From: Podarcis cretensis
Lineage: Eukaryota
Direction of reading: 5' to 3'
NCBI GenBank assembly: GCA_951804945.1
Contig: OX638159.1
Location: 22,754,001-22,818,000, forward strand
DNA: 64,000 bases
Shown here: positions 11,458 through 24,320 of the stretch, in pieces
How the letters are laid out: each line of letters starts with the position of its first letter
Numbering within the stretch: position 1 is the first letter of the stretch
Notes under the pieces: generated by a model
Seen by the model: the letters and a program-made list of their open reading frames with translations, nothing else
What the model was told of the DNA's origin: nothing
The model's database searches: none
Made by a program: the position numbers and the translations under genes

Positions 11458-14020
11458 CCCATCATCTATTCTACGCTGTTTTAAATCGTTTTTATTTATT
11501 TTTTAAATGGATAAATTGCAGGGTGGGTTGGATGGCGCACAACACGTTTCAGCATCACCGCGAGTTACTTTCAAGAGAAGTCAGGGTTTTGGTTTTTGTT
11601 TTAAAGATAGGGCCACAAAAAGAACCTTTTGCCACCACGGTATTGTAGGGAGGGGGGTTCTACAGGAGTAGTTAGTAATATAAGGTTAATTAATTTGGGA
11701 CACCATAAAAAAATTGGCATCACAGATTCAGAGGATTGGGGGGGGGTGTGTGTGTGTGAACACATTTCCGGCAGCCAAAACTTATTGGTGTGATGTGGGC
11801 TAGCTACCCCTTTTCTATGGCTTGTAATAAAACACTCTTGGCTGAGGGAACTATTTCTTATAATCTTTGCATGTTCTCTAGGGGTTGTGTCTGGGATCCT
11901 CCCAGAACAGATTGGAGCGTGGGATAGGAGAGGAAGTTTCATTGCACAGGTGGAACCTCTTGCACTAATAGGACAACATCGCTGGATACAAGCCTAGTTT
12001 TCCAAGGGTAGGTGCCACTGCAGGGTGGTTGGCATTAGAAAAGGATGGTTCTGTTGGTTAGTAAGGTGGGGGATAAGCAGTATTGCAGAGCATCAGATAT
12101 AGCATCATTCCCATCTGTTCCAAAGTGACTTATGAACTTGGTTGGTTTGGTTAGCATTTGACTGGCAATCAAGGCCATTTTTCTTTTTTTTTAAATGCTG
12201 TTTATTGTCCAGAATGTGCATGGGAATGTGTATTCTGGAGACATTTCGTGGCTTATTGCATCAATCCTATTTATCCATGTATAGCTTCTGAATTTGATTG
12301 GTTTAAACAGGCACCAGGCAAAAACATTACTCTTCTCCCAGGCCTTTGGCTAATCAACCAACCTTTTGCCTTTTAAACTGTGTGTAGGCAGGTATTATTG
12401 TTTTGTTTGTTACTATGCTATGTATTTTTCTGTTTTTGTATTATAAATCACCTTGTGATCCTTGGATGAAGGGTGGTATAATAAATAAATAGATAGATAG
12501 GAAGTTGGTGTTCCAGGCCATTCCATTCCAGATGGCACAAATGGGTAAATTTGATGGTTTCAGGTCTAAAATATTGTTCACAAGTGTTTAACACATTCCA
12601 CTCTTTTTGGGTGTAAGTTTTATTTATAAAAGGGGCCTCTCTGGCCTGTTTTACAACATGCCATAAAATAATATCTAATGGAAAACTTTTGCAGATGAGC
12701 TCTTTAGTGCTCTTACAGTGTCATCCTATGTATTTTTTACTCAGTCATAAATCTAATCTGTTCAATGGAACTTTGTCTCGAGTAACTGTGCATATGATTT
12801 CAGCCTCAAGGATCTCCCCCAGGGAACCAAGCAGACCTAATTTGCATTCATAGCAAGGCTTCATGTATGAATTTCACTTCTCTGCCCGTGCTTTATGTCA
12901 ATGCAGCAATAGTGTCTTTGTCATCAAATATTAATAGAACTACTACAAAGGAATGTCACTAGACACACCTGCGTAAACTGTAATTGCTGCTTAAGATGCT
13001 AACAGATAATGCTGACACTGGGGAAACGTGGGATACGCCCCACTGTTTCATGCTGCTGCAATCTGCTTTGGCTTTGGTTCTATATAAAGGTTCAGCTATG
13101 CTGAGAATGTAACATTAACATTTGGCTGTATGTTACAGTTGTCAGTCAGGCCAATTGTCAGTGAAACCTTAGATAAAATTACATTTTTAAAAATACATGT
13201 CAGGGCAGGATACAGAACATCAAAGGCTGCATTTAAAGCTTACATAAACAGAGAAGATACATCAGTTTGCTTTAAAATTCCAAATGCATTTCCCAGCAGA
13301 GACTGCATATACTTGACTCTCTGCTCTGCGTTGCAATGCAGTTTTTGCAAATACTTAGACCTCAAACTCTGTTAAATATAAAGAGTCTTGTTACACCCTT
13401 AAGACTCGGCACATTTATAGCATAGGTTTTTTGTAGACCATGCTATAATAAATGTGCTAGCCTTTAAAGGTGCTACAAGACTCAATATTAACTGTGTTTT
13501 CCCGGTCAGCTGGAAGTTTTATTGCAATATTTTCTTAAATCTGAGTGCTGTCTTTACAGATGTTTTATTATATGCAGTTATTCAACATGCACAAAATATT
13601 ACAATTCATGTAAGAAGAAGAAAACACAAATTTTATTTCCCTGGCTACAATCCAAAACCACAGAAGGGTCACCCTTTCTCCTTTCTTTATGCCTTCCCAT
13701 ACGTATTTCCCTGGCATGGTTCTCATTTACGACTCTCTATAATATCCAGTCAGTCATTTAGAGCAATGCCTGTTGTGCCTTTGCACACCATCCAAGCTAT
13801 TCTTTTAAATTCAATAGTAAAAAATAAATAAATTCCACCTTTCGCATTGATTTTGTCAGAACGAAGATTTTTCCAAGTAAATTTACACAGCCACCTTATT
13901 TCTGAAAGCTATTCTTTTACAGATGCGTGTTTACTTTTCCAGTTACATAGGGCTGAATTTTTGCAGCAGGGAGATCGTTATACCCATGTAGGCTTCCCAG
14001 ATGATTAGATCCCGATAATA

Positions 14021-14229
14021 CAGTACATTCGTACCTTGGAAGTCGAACGGAATCTGTTCCGGAAGTCCGTTCGACTTCCGAAACGTTTGGAAACCAAAGC
14101 ACGGAACCCATGCTGGATGTTCAGGTTACAAAAGAATGCTAGAAAACTGAAACACTCACTTCTGGGTTTTGATCGTTAGGGAGCCAATTTGTTTGGGAGC
14201 CAAGGTCTTTGAGATCCAAGGTACAACTG
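14021..14229. mobile_element. Tigger-like MITE (diverged)
   Basis: TA|CAGT..CGTACCTTGGA ... TCCAAGGTACAACTG|TA; related to the 16842 copy in the opposite orientation. Confidence 0.75.
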
Positions 14230-16030
14230 TACAGCAGTCTCCCTGCTGCAAAAGTTCAGCAGTGCACATTAGTCATTAAGGAGCCACAGGCCATATTAGT
14301 CCTGCTTCTCATTCTCCTTGAATGCTTATACCTGACTGAATGTGGCCTTGAACTGTGATGACAGTACCTCTTGCTTACCTGATGGAGATGTGGAGAGGGG
14401 TGTAGTATCTTCTGCAAGGCTATAATGTAGCCCACTGTACAAAAGTAGCTCTCATCTGTTGTGCCATTCACTTTTTCTCTGGGCCTGCCAACTGCTGCCA
14501 TGCAGAACCTAGAAAGTCGCTCATGAGAGAATCCAAGCCTCTGGCTGAAAAAGGCTTCCCACCCCTGTCAGGATCCTCTGGGACCCCCCTGGGGTGTATC
14601 AGCAACTCCCCCCAGAGCAGAAATATATTTCACTTTTGCAGCTGAAATCTCTAGATCAAAGTCCCCACCTGCTACTTTTATGAATACATTTTCTACTTAC
14701 TGCCCTCTAGTTTCTTCAATGCTTTCATTCCAGTATACTTTGTTACATACTCATTTATTGATACTTGATTGTGCTCTGCCTTTGTTGACTTGTTTATACA
14801 GTGCCATAGATGCACATGGTACATGTTACTCTAAACATGTGGGGAGGAAACAACCAGAAAGAGTGTAGGTATTGTGTGGCCTGAGCAACGCTGAGAGGTG
14901 AATAGCCATGGATGCGACAAAATTATGGAGAGAGGCAGGAAGACTGAAGCGCGACAATAGTAATCAAGTCAGGAAAAGACTAAGATATGAATTAACATTT
15001 TGACTGAGGAGACAAGACAGGAACTTCTGGTCCTGTGTGACTGCATATCATTGTTACATACACTTATGCTGGAGACTCACCAAGATGTACAACACATTTT
15101 AAAATGCAAGGGAAGATTTAATTTTCAGGGGAAATGCAAAAGGCTGATAAGCCATGCAAATAGCAGATCTATCAAGTGTAGTTTTCCAAATATTCTGCTC
15201 CTTTTAAGGCGACCTGGATTCAAGCAGTATAATCCCTGTCCAATAACATGTTAATGTTTTGATATCCAAATAGAAACACATTAACTGTGCCCTGCAAGTC
15301 TCAACAGGCAATTACTGCTCCAGCTGTGTACATTGATGATCATACCGCTGCCTGCATACAGCCAGGGCAAATCCCAAGAGTCACCCAACCTCCTCATTCA
15401 TTAATCATTAAATGGAGCAACAGCACTGGTAAGGAATGAAATCAGCAATTAGTTTAGGTTTGGAAACGTAACTGATTTTAAATACAATTGTATCAAGAAA
15501 ATGTACAATTGATCCAAATGAACTGGCTCAAGGTAACTGTGTGGATCTTAAAGTAATTCGAGTGTGCTGCACAAGTCATATTTCTCTAACCATTTAACTG
15601 GCAAATTTACAACCATGTTCCATCTTTAGTAAGCTGTTATCGTGTTTCAATTCTTTATCATTGCACACACATGCTGATTTAGTTGTAGTTGTGCTTTCAA
15701 AAAGGTTTAGAAATGAGAATGCTTAAGCAAGTGAGGCACATGCCAAATTCTTTAGATGGGGATAGTTGTGCTCAACCGAAACTGATCTGAATTAAAATTG
15801 AGATTCTTTATCAAATCTAATCTGGAATGTATCATGTAACAGCAAGCATTAATTTAAAATACTTGCATGTTTTACTATGATGCATCGTAGAGCTGCTTAC
15901 CATAACAACATCTCCCTGTACTTGTTCTTTTAAATGTGTTTAAAACTCAACAGTGTTCCAAAATCTGGCCATGTCTTTGCCCAGGCAGATGCATTATGTG
16001 ACCCATAAGAGCAGCAAAATAACTGTACAA

Positions 16031-16743
16031 TGGTGATGGGATAAAATCAGGCCAAATCTTTATTGACGGCAGCAGGCAGGACAAAGGTTGGTATGGCACT
16101 GGGTCCCAGGATCAGTTCAGCATTCCATAAGCCCATGTTGATAGAATGGATCCACTGGGTTTGGACCACTTCAAATCTGTATGATGGGAGTCAGCCAATG
16201 TTGAACCTTGCTGTGGTGTAAGCCAAGCAAACGAGGTCTCACTGTGGGACCAGGGTGCAGATTCCAACCAGGCAGATATCGAACCCTCGCTTGGGTTTGC
16301 TGTGGTCAATCCTCCCCTCAGGTCCCTTATAGGGGTGCCCACTATACTATATTGATCCTGACCAATGCAATTTCTGCCCTCATACAATGTTCTACTGCCT
16401 AACAAAGGAAAGCCATATTTCACTGTGGGAAAGACTAAAAAATCCCCAACCAAGTGCCAATCAGGTTGAGAGAAAAAAACATTTCCGGCCCTATCAACTG
16501 GCAACCCAAAATTGCTCAATCCGAGGGCAAGCGGGCGGGAAGCTCTCAAAGCAAAATGAGCTCCAGGGAAAGCAGCCTTATCTAGGCTTTCCCCTCCCCC
16601 TGCAGAAAGGGCTCATGGGACAGCTTTTTCCCATGAGCCCATCACACAGATAAGATACTGGGCAAGACCTTGCCCAGTATTTTGCTGCAATCTATGGGCC
16701 ACAGAGCCACCAGGCGAAGGCGTCCCGTGCTTATTCGTCAACA
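16031..16743 (-). mobile_element. Probable solo LTR (Gypsy/ERV-like), about 713 bp
   Basis: Minus strand begins TGTTGACG and ends CATCACCA (TG..CA imperfect inverted termini). ATTGG boxes, then TATAA (16327-16331), then AATAAA (16059-16064) close to the 3' end. GC-richer than its flanks; no clear TSD. Confidence 0.55.
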
Positions 16744-16841
16744 CAGCAGGGCTTATCATATACATGTTTGACAGAGTCTGAGGTATACATCTAGCAAAGT
16801 TCCTTGCTACTGCAGAACCGTATCAGACCACTTTCACATTA

Positions 16842-17080
16842 CAGTCGTACCTTGGCTTTCAAACAGCTTAGTTCTCAAACGTTTTGCCTCCCAAACGCCG
16901 CAAACCTGGAGGTGAGTGATCCAGTTTGCAAACTATTTTTGGAAGCCGAACACCCAACGGCTTCCAATTGGTTGCATGAGCTTCCTGCAGCCAATCAGAA
17001 GCCGTGCTTTGGTTTCCGAACATTTTGGAAGTCAAACAGACTTCTGGAACAGATTCCATTCAACTTTTGAGGTATGACTG
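16842..17080. mobile_element. Tigger-like MITE
   Basis: TA|CAGTCGTACCTT ... GAGGTATGACTG|TA. Confidence 0.82.
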
Positions 17081-17703
17081 TACAAGCCTTCAGCCATTTT
17101 CCAGGCAACTCTGTATCCTAGAATTCTCAAAACACAAATAGGGAAAAGTAACATGGGAAGTAGCCCTTAACAAGCAGAGAATAGTATACTCCATGTACAG
17201 ACAGACTATATATTTTAGGTTAAGCTTTCTGAAAACAATCTGTTGTAAGAAGAATGGGTGTGCAAGGCTCTGCTCTCTAGTTTTCCCAACACATACAAAC
17301 ACCCATCAAGAGTATTGGAAAGCGCTGAATTGCCTAAGGAGGTCATTATCATTCATTCATCTGGCAGGAATGGCTAAGAGAAGCTTGTAACACGGATCAG
17401 TTAACAGATGGGGCAGGAAGGGATTATGCAGACAGAGTGGTGGCACCTCCCAACAAAAAGCAGATCAGTCCTGAAAAATACAGCTGAGTCTTTAGTTGAT
17501 TCCAAACAGAACTACATTTGTATGTGCACAGACGGCATATTTCTTGATTGGAGGAAAAGCTATGAGAGCTCCAGAACCTCGAGATATTAAAAAAACCTCA
17601 ACGCTACATTAAATTAATAACTAATTTTTTATCTTTTGGAAGGGAATGATGTAATAGTGGCAATTGTTTGGATTTCCCTGCAGGTTAAGGATTTGAAGAC
17701 CAC

Positions 17704-17910
17704 TCTTGGTTCGCAAACTTAATCCGTTGGTTCACAAACCAAGATGCGGCTTCCGATTGGCTGCAGGAGGTTCCTGCAGTCAAGCAGAAGTTGTGTCGGA
17801 CATTCGGCTTCCGAAAAAGTTCGCAAACCGGAACACTTACTTCTGGGTGTGCGGCGTATGGGAGCCAAAACGTACGAGTACCAAGGCGTTCAAAAACCAA
17901 GGTACCACTG
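17704..17910. mobile_element. Tigger-like MITE, left end degraded
   Basis: Reverse-complement similarity to 16842-17080; right end CCAAGGTACCACTG|TA. Confidence 0.75.
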
Positions 17911-20900
17911 TAGGCACAACAAACCTGAGCATACTGGGAACTCGCAACCTCATCCTGACATTAGAATTCAAAATAGTGGGGAGGGAGTGTACAGAGTGTG
18001 GGTCATAGGGAAAGGATGTTCCTTGGACTGCGGAATCTCAGAAAAGGGTAAGTGGGGTGGAATGTGTTTGAGATATGTTAAATGAATCCAGCTTTCTGGT
18101 AGTGGACTTAAATTCAGTGTGAATGTTTACTGCAAAGGTCATCAGGCTTTAAATATAAATGCTGCACATCAGCTATAGTTGATGCCTAATATTAATACTG
18201 AAATTGTAGGGTTTGTTTTTTAAATTTCAAACATTGAGACATTATCTTGGGATTCCCAGTGGTCTGTGAACCATGACCTCAATGGTGTTTCTGTAAAGAT
18301 ACATTTAAAAACCATACAGCACCTAGCACCTACAAAGCAAAAATAAGTGGTCTGCAAAGACCCTCAGCAATTTTCTAGTCCATGGGGGGAAAGTATGGAA
18401 ACCACTGATCTAGCCTAAATATTAGACTGCCACAGATTTCAATGGAAGAAATACACACATGCTTAAATCTCTCCCACTGAATTCTGCCTAGATTGTAGTT
18501 ATTACCATTTCCAGCAACAGAGCCTGGGAAGGCTGTAGCTGAATGATAGAACACCTACCTTACAGAAAGCTCACAGGTTCAATCTCCTGGTAAGGTTGGG
18601 AATGACCCTCGTCTAAAATACCGACTGCAGATAGGTCACCAATGACAATACTGGACTAGATGGAACCAGTATTATGGCTCTGTATAACACAAGTTCCTAA
18701 ACATTGAACCGTATTTGAAGATGATTTTTTCCCATTTTGTGTTCTGTTCCAGGAGTTCTGAAGCCATGCTCTTCAGAGTCAGGGGATACAGAACAAAGCA
18801 AAATTTTCATTTTAAACCCCAACACAGGATTATGCTAACAAGACCTTTGATATAACATCTGTCAGTGGCTCAAAATCTTAAATCAACACAATTTAAGCTG
18901 AAAGAATGCATTTAAAATGAAACAAGTTACACCTCACTGTAAAATTGTTGGTATATAAGAAATTGTGGTACAGGTGGAATCAGACTGTATGTTGGTTTTA
19001 TGGTAAAACACATAATTTAGAAAGAAAGAAAAAACTTCAGATGACATAAAGCGGAGAGGAACGGCAAGAACTTCAGAAATAAGAATTAAATTGCAAAAAG
19101 GTTTTGAGTAAAATAGAATGCAGGAAGCAAAATTGAAAACATCTAGGAATTATCTGATCACACATTGTGAGGTCCAAGTTTAACCCTGGTGCAAAGATTA
19201 TAATGCTAAGCATGCACATATCTCCCATTAGCATGAATGGGCAAACCTACTTGCATCAGAAAAAAGGTAAATGCAATATGGCGTCCCACTAACAGTGTTT
19301 TAGGGCAATACGCTGTTCCATTTCTGTTGGCATCTTCATATCTTTAATGGATCTAATTCTAGGTCTAATTCCATATTTCACTGTAATAAACAAATGATAG
19401 TAAAGGCATATTGACAAGGAGCTGTGATGTGTAAGCATGCACAACTAAACATGCAGCTACTGAATCACGGTTTGGAGAAGAGAAACTGAAAGGAAAATGT
19501 GAAAACTGCTCTAAAAATAAAGTCCAGGAACAAATTAATATGCGAACAATTTAATTACAAAGTCATAGACTCACACAGATGTTTATTTATTTATTGGTTT
19601 GTTTTTTAAAAAAAGAAAAAGCATTTGGCCATGTTAGTATTTTAGCCCTTTTTCAGGAGGCGGTTTGTGTACAGGGCCTTTAACATCCCTTCTTGGCTCA
19701 AGATTGAGGATACATCATAAAGGTCACCATCAAGAAGCTTAAAGAGGCTACATCAAAAAGATTGTTGTTGTTTTTATATATAAAAAAACCACCACGGGAT
19801 TCTCCACTTAAAAGCTGTCACTCACTACCTTTTGGCCAAGAGAAGAACATTTTAAAGAGGGCGACAGACAAGTGACAAATGTATTGTCCATACACATTTA
19901 TTAACTCTAAGCTGTGAAAATGTGGTATGTATACTCAAAAAGTGTACTTGCTTGACAGCTAATACAGACACTGTAAAATTAATATTGCCCTGAAGATTGA
20001 GACTAGCTCTGAAAGTTGACATGTTAAGCAAAGATCTCCACTGGGTTTGTTAACTATCTTGCCCTATCAAATAGAATTTATTTATCATCCTCAGATTCCA
20101 TTTTACATAGTCTAATTCTGTTCAAATATCCATTCTTGCCGACACCTAACACAAAGCAGAAGCAGAGCAAACTATAGCCAATCTTGAATTTGCAATTGTT
20201 TGTCTATACAATGATACCTGGCTTAAGAAGGAATTAAGGTGACTTATTAAAGACACACCTAAATATCTTGGATTTTATTAATGGCAGTTTGCTGTATATT
20301 TACATGTAACACATACATAAAGGTTTTTGGACTGAACATGCTCACTTTGGAAGCTTTTTATGTACATGACCCATGAGCAACACCGAAAAACTGAGAACTC
20401 TAACCTTGAAGTCATTCAACTATACAGTTATGAATTAATTTCTGTTAAACACAAAATTTCAAATTTTAATTTTTTCATTTTCATACATTAAAAATATACA
20501 TAGAAATTCAAGTTAACTTCTCAGACATGTCAAAAGTCAGAGATACTACTTTGAAAACAACTACCTCAGAGATCTTAAGTCACGGTGGGTTTGTCAGAGA
20601 AATGAAAATGTATCAGAATACTGACATTACATTATGAACAGTAAAGCATAGTTTACAGGTTTCTGAAAAAGTATAAAGTACATAACTTGCAACAATAAAT
20701 TATTTCATTGAAGACTCAAGTTAATCACAGTTCAATGAATAATCTTAAAAGGAAAGGTATGGGCAATAATAGGCTTAAAATACAGATATGGTCACAGCCT
20801 TAAAATAAATATGTCTGTATGCCGCGTACATTGAAACTAAAGGTACACTTATTGTAAAAAAAGAAAAAGTTGAACATGACACTTTGCACATTTATGGTTT

Positions 20901-21739
20901 TCCTGGGCTTAAAAAAAGATGAAATTAATATTATCAAATTATTAGTTAATTTCATTTTATTTCAGTTGAAGTCAGAATTTAATTACAGAAAAGAAAGCTC
21001 TTGGCTTGTACAGTGACTCACAGCTATCAAAGGAATGGAGAATTTCAGTTCCAAAGCTCAGAGTGGAAGCAGAAAAGCTTTAGGAGAGTCAAATGGAATT
21101 GAAAAGAAGATGCTTTGAGTTTCTTGACTTGGCTTTGCCATACTGTGTGGTGCATCAGACCTATAAACTAGTGATTAAATTCATTAGAAGTAAAAATAGC
21201 AGTAATTAGCAAGTACAAATTTAAGAGCATCAGTGACGTCAAGTAGCCATTCAAGCCTGGTAGTCAACAACAGAGGATACATGCAACCCCTTTGGTGGGC
21301 TTTCCCCTAGCTGTTCTCCCCATTTTAACAGCTGTGGGAAGGGAAATGGAAGGGAATCATATATATGAACAAATTCTGATCCTATTGATTAATCCATATT
21401 GGATGTGGTACATAAGTTACACCGAAACAGATACATAAATGTATCATAAAAACTTTAAGATAGGCAGGGATCAATCCACATAAGATAGTCTACCAATATG
21501 GTATGCCCACTATATATGCCCATTTAATAAGGCAAAAAGTATAAGTAATAAATACACATAGAGTGGAATTCAATGTCACACTAAGACGAATGTTCGCCTG
21601 CACAAGTGAATCAGTTTATCAGACCGATCAATTCCCGCTCCCTTCCACGTGCATGTTGTTCTGGGGGTTCTCGTGACACACACACCCGAGCCAACTGGGG
21701 GGGCATGTGGGTTGGGGGGGGAAGCCCCATTGTGTAAGC

Positions 21740-21875
21740 CAGGCATGGCCAAACTTGGCCCTCCAGCTGTTTTGGGACTACAGCTCCCATCATCCCTAGC
21801 TAACAGGACCAGTGGTCAAGGATAATGGAAATTGTAGTCCCAAAACAGCTGGAGGGCCAAGTTTGGCCATGCCTG
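21740..21875. mobile_element. hAT-type foldback MITE (136 bp, 43-bp perfect TIRs)
   Basis: CAGGCATGGCCAAACTTGGCCCTCCAGCTGTTTTGGGACTACA and its exact reverse complement; 8-bp TSD gtgtaagc/atgtaagc. Confidence 0.92.
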
Positions 21876-23489
21876 ATGTAAGCCCTTGTGTGGGGCTTCC
21901 GTTGATGAGGTTTGTCAGGTGAATCCCACCCATATAGTCTTGATAGAGAATCAGGAATAGGGAGGTGTGTATTTTCTTAAACAATAATTTTTATTAAGAG
22001 ACATCCCACTTGTAAGCTTACTTATTTTTACTCTCTTGTAAACCGGCTTTTTAAAAGCCTTTTTGGATTAATCGGCTAATCTATGTGCCATTTTTTAAAG
22101 GGGGGGGGAGTCAAATTAGGTGTTTGCATCTAATATTAAACCATGGTTTACAGTTACAAGGATGAACAACAGAAAGCCTTGGCCTTGCATTCTGCTATGA
22201 AGAATGCAGAAATTGTCATTTCTATTTTAGACAGCCAAACCCAGTCAATGTGTAAATAGTCTTAATGATGTAAATAGTCTTAATAATGGGTAGAGGAAAC
22301 AAGCCAACTTCAAAACACAGTTTACAAAGCTGGCTTGTTTTCACTAACCATAGTTAAGATTTACCAGTTTAGGATTTGGATATCGCACTTAAGCTGTGGC
22401 TAATCAAAAGCAAAAGTGTAAGCTTCATATTTCCTCCTTGCACCCATGCCAGAGGATAGGGGAGAGTGAGTAGGCCCTAGGTTTGCTGCATTGTGCCCTC
22501 TTAATGTAAATCATGATTTAAGTCTGATGTTTCAACTGGACCACTTAATTGATTGAAAATGCATGTTATTTGTTAATATCATTTTAGCTTAATATAGAGT
22601 TTAACAGGTTTTGGAAAACTATAACTGATACAAGATCGCTTTCTCTAGTGTGTCGTACGATAAGAACCCCCGCCCCAATGTCAACGGTTAAGATGGCGTA
22701 TCTGAGGACATTTGCCAGCAGATTATGAACCCTTCTATTAAACAATTACATGTACGATTTTAATAATGAAAACCAGCCTGAGACACAAAACTGACTTGCT
22801 TACTACTGTAATCACGTGCACACGCATTTTGCTATTTTTGAATAGAGGCACTTAAGTTTAGCAGAGTACTTCTGTTGTAAACAGTCTAATGAAGGTCTCT
22901 TAAGACAAAGCATATGTGAATACAAAGTTAGAGTTAAACCAAAGTTAGTGTGGTTTAATGTACAAATCTTATTTTCTAATAAGACACTTGCATTTAGTAT
23001 ATTAGTCTCAAAGTATTACCCAATTTCTTTTTTATTATTTAAATGCCACAAACTTGAAATAAGCTTCCAATCTTAACCCCCTCCCCCATTTTTTTCAAAG
23101 CTGAAAAACTCTTATTTGTACACCAAATAGCACTCTAAGCTGTGTGTGTATGTATATGTATATATATATGTGGAAGTACTACTTTAAGCCTCTTTCTGTA
23201 CCTGGAACCAATTAAAATCTCAACTGAAAACACCAATGCTTGATTTGAATGCCGTAGATATACATGAGTCTATTAACAGCAACTATAAACTGGAAGAGTA
23301 CCAGTGTCTGTATCAGGCAATGGGTGCAATCCAGATCCATTAAAATTGATGTGAATATTTCTACTGACTTCAATGTAATATAGATTATCCCCAACAAGCC
23401 TTGAGTAAGTGCATTAATACATAATACGAATATTCCTCAAAAATACTAAAACATCGATTTCTTATGTACTGCAAAAATTAACACACAAC

Positions 23490-24320
23490 AAAATGTACAT
23501 ATAGCAATAATTTATTCTGAAACGTTCATTTAGTTCTGTTGAGACTTCACCCATGTCTCATTAATAAAAGAGCAGCCATCTCACCTCAAATACCAGAATA
23601 TACAACAAGTTACAGCATAGCAAAAGTCCTACCTACTGTCAGTTAAAATCTAGTTCTGGTAAAATAATTTTGTTCAAGTGTTACACATACACAGATTTTC
23701 CTTTTTTTCTTCTTTTTTTGGAGCACAAAACCAAAAGGTAAATCATTACACCATAACTATCTATGCACATTATGTGACCACAGAAATGTTTATCATCCTT
23801 TCAGAAAATGAACCATCAGTTCTATCCATGCAGAAAAAACAGGCTTGTTCAGCAGAAACCATATTACTGTGAATTTCACAGCCACATGATTAATTATAAG
23901 GTTAAGTGGCTTCACAAATACTTTTTTTTTTGCATAAATACCAATTTCTCCCTGATGTAGTTTAGTCATTTTGCAAATCTAGAAATGAGTGATATAGCAA
24001 TAGATTTCTCTCTTTTAATCTCTGTTCATCTTTCCTGAATACCCCCACCCCCACCCCACCTAAACAATTAAAGGTATGGGATGTTAATTAAATATATGTA
24101 AAACATACTGTACAAATATAATCGCTTTAGCAATTTTATTGCTAAATAATAAATTGGGACTCCCTCAAATATTATTAGTGAAGACAAAGAATATCAAATA
24201 TGGCTTCCAGAACAAGGACCCTCTACAAGAATCAAAGCTATTTACAAAAGAAAAAAACCCAACTTTGTATAGTTTTATTAAAAAGTTTCACATATAGCAT
24301 TAACACATGAAAATTCTTTG
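23490..24320 (-). other. APC: APC proximal 3'UTR with AATAAA at 23511-23516
   Basis: Directly follows the stop codon, AU-rich and non-repetitive. Blocks such as TTCTGGAAGCCATATTTGATA, AATTAATCATGTGGCTGTGAAATTCACAGTAATATGG and GGTATTTGAGGTGAGATGGCTGCTCTTTTATTAATGAGACATG resemble the mammalian APC 3'UTR as I recall it (not aligned). The block ends at CAGAATAAATTATTGCT. Confidence 0.75.

Noticed and set aside
15410-15540. Plus-strand exon-like segment tttag|GTTTGG...CAAG|gtaact
   Set aside because: Stops in all three frames and no gene context
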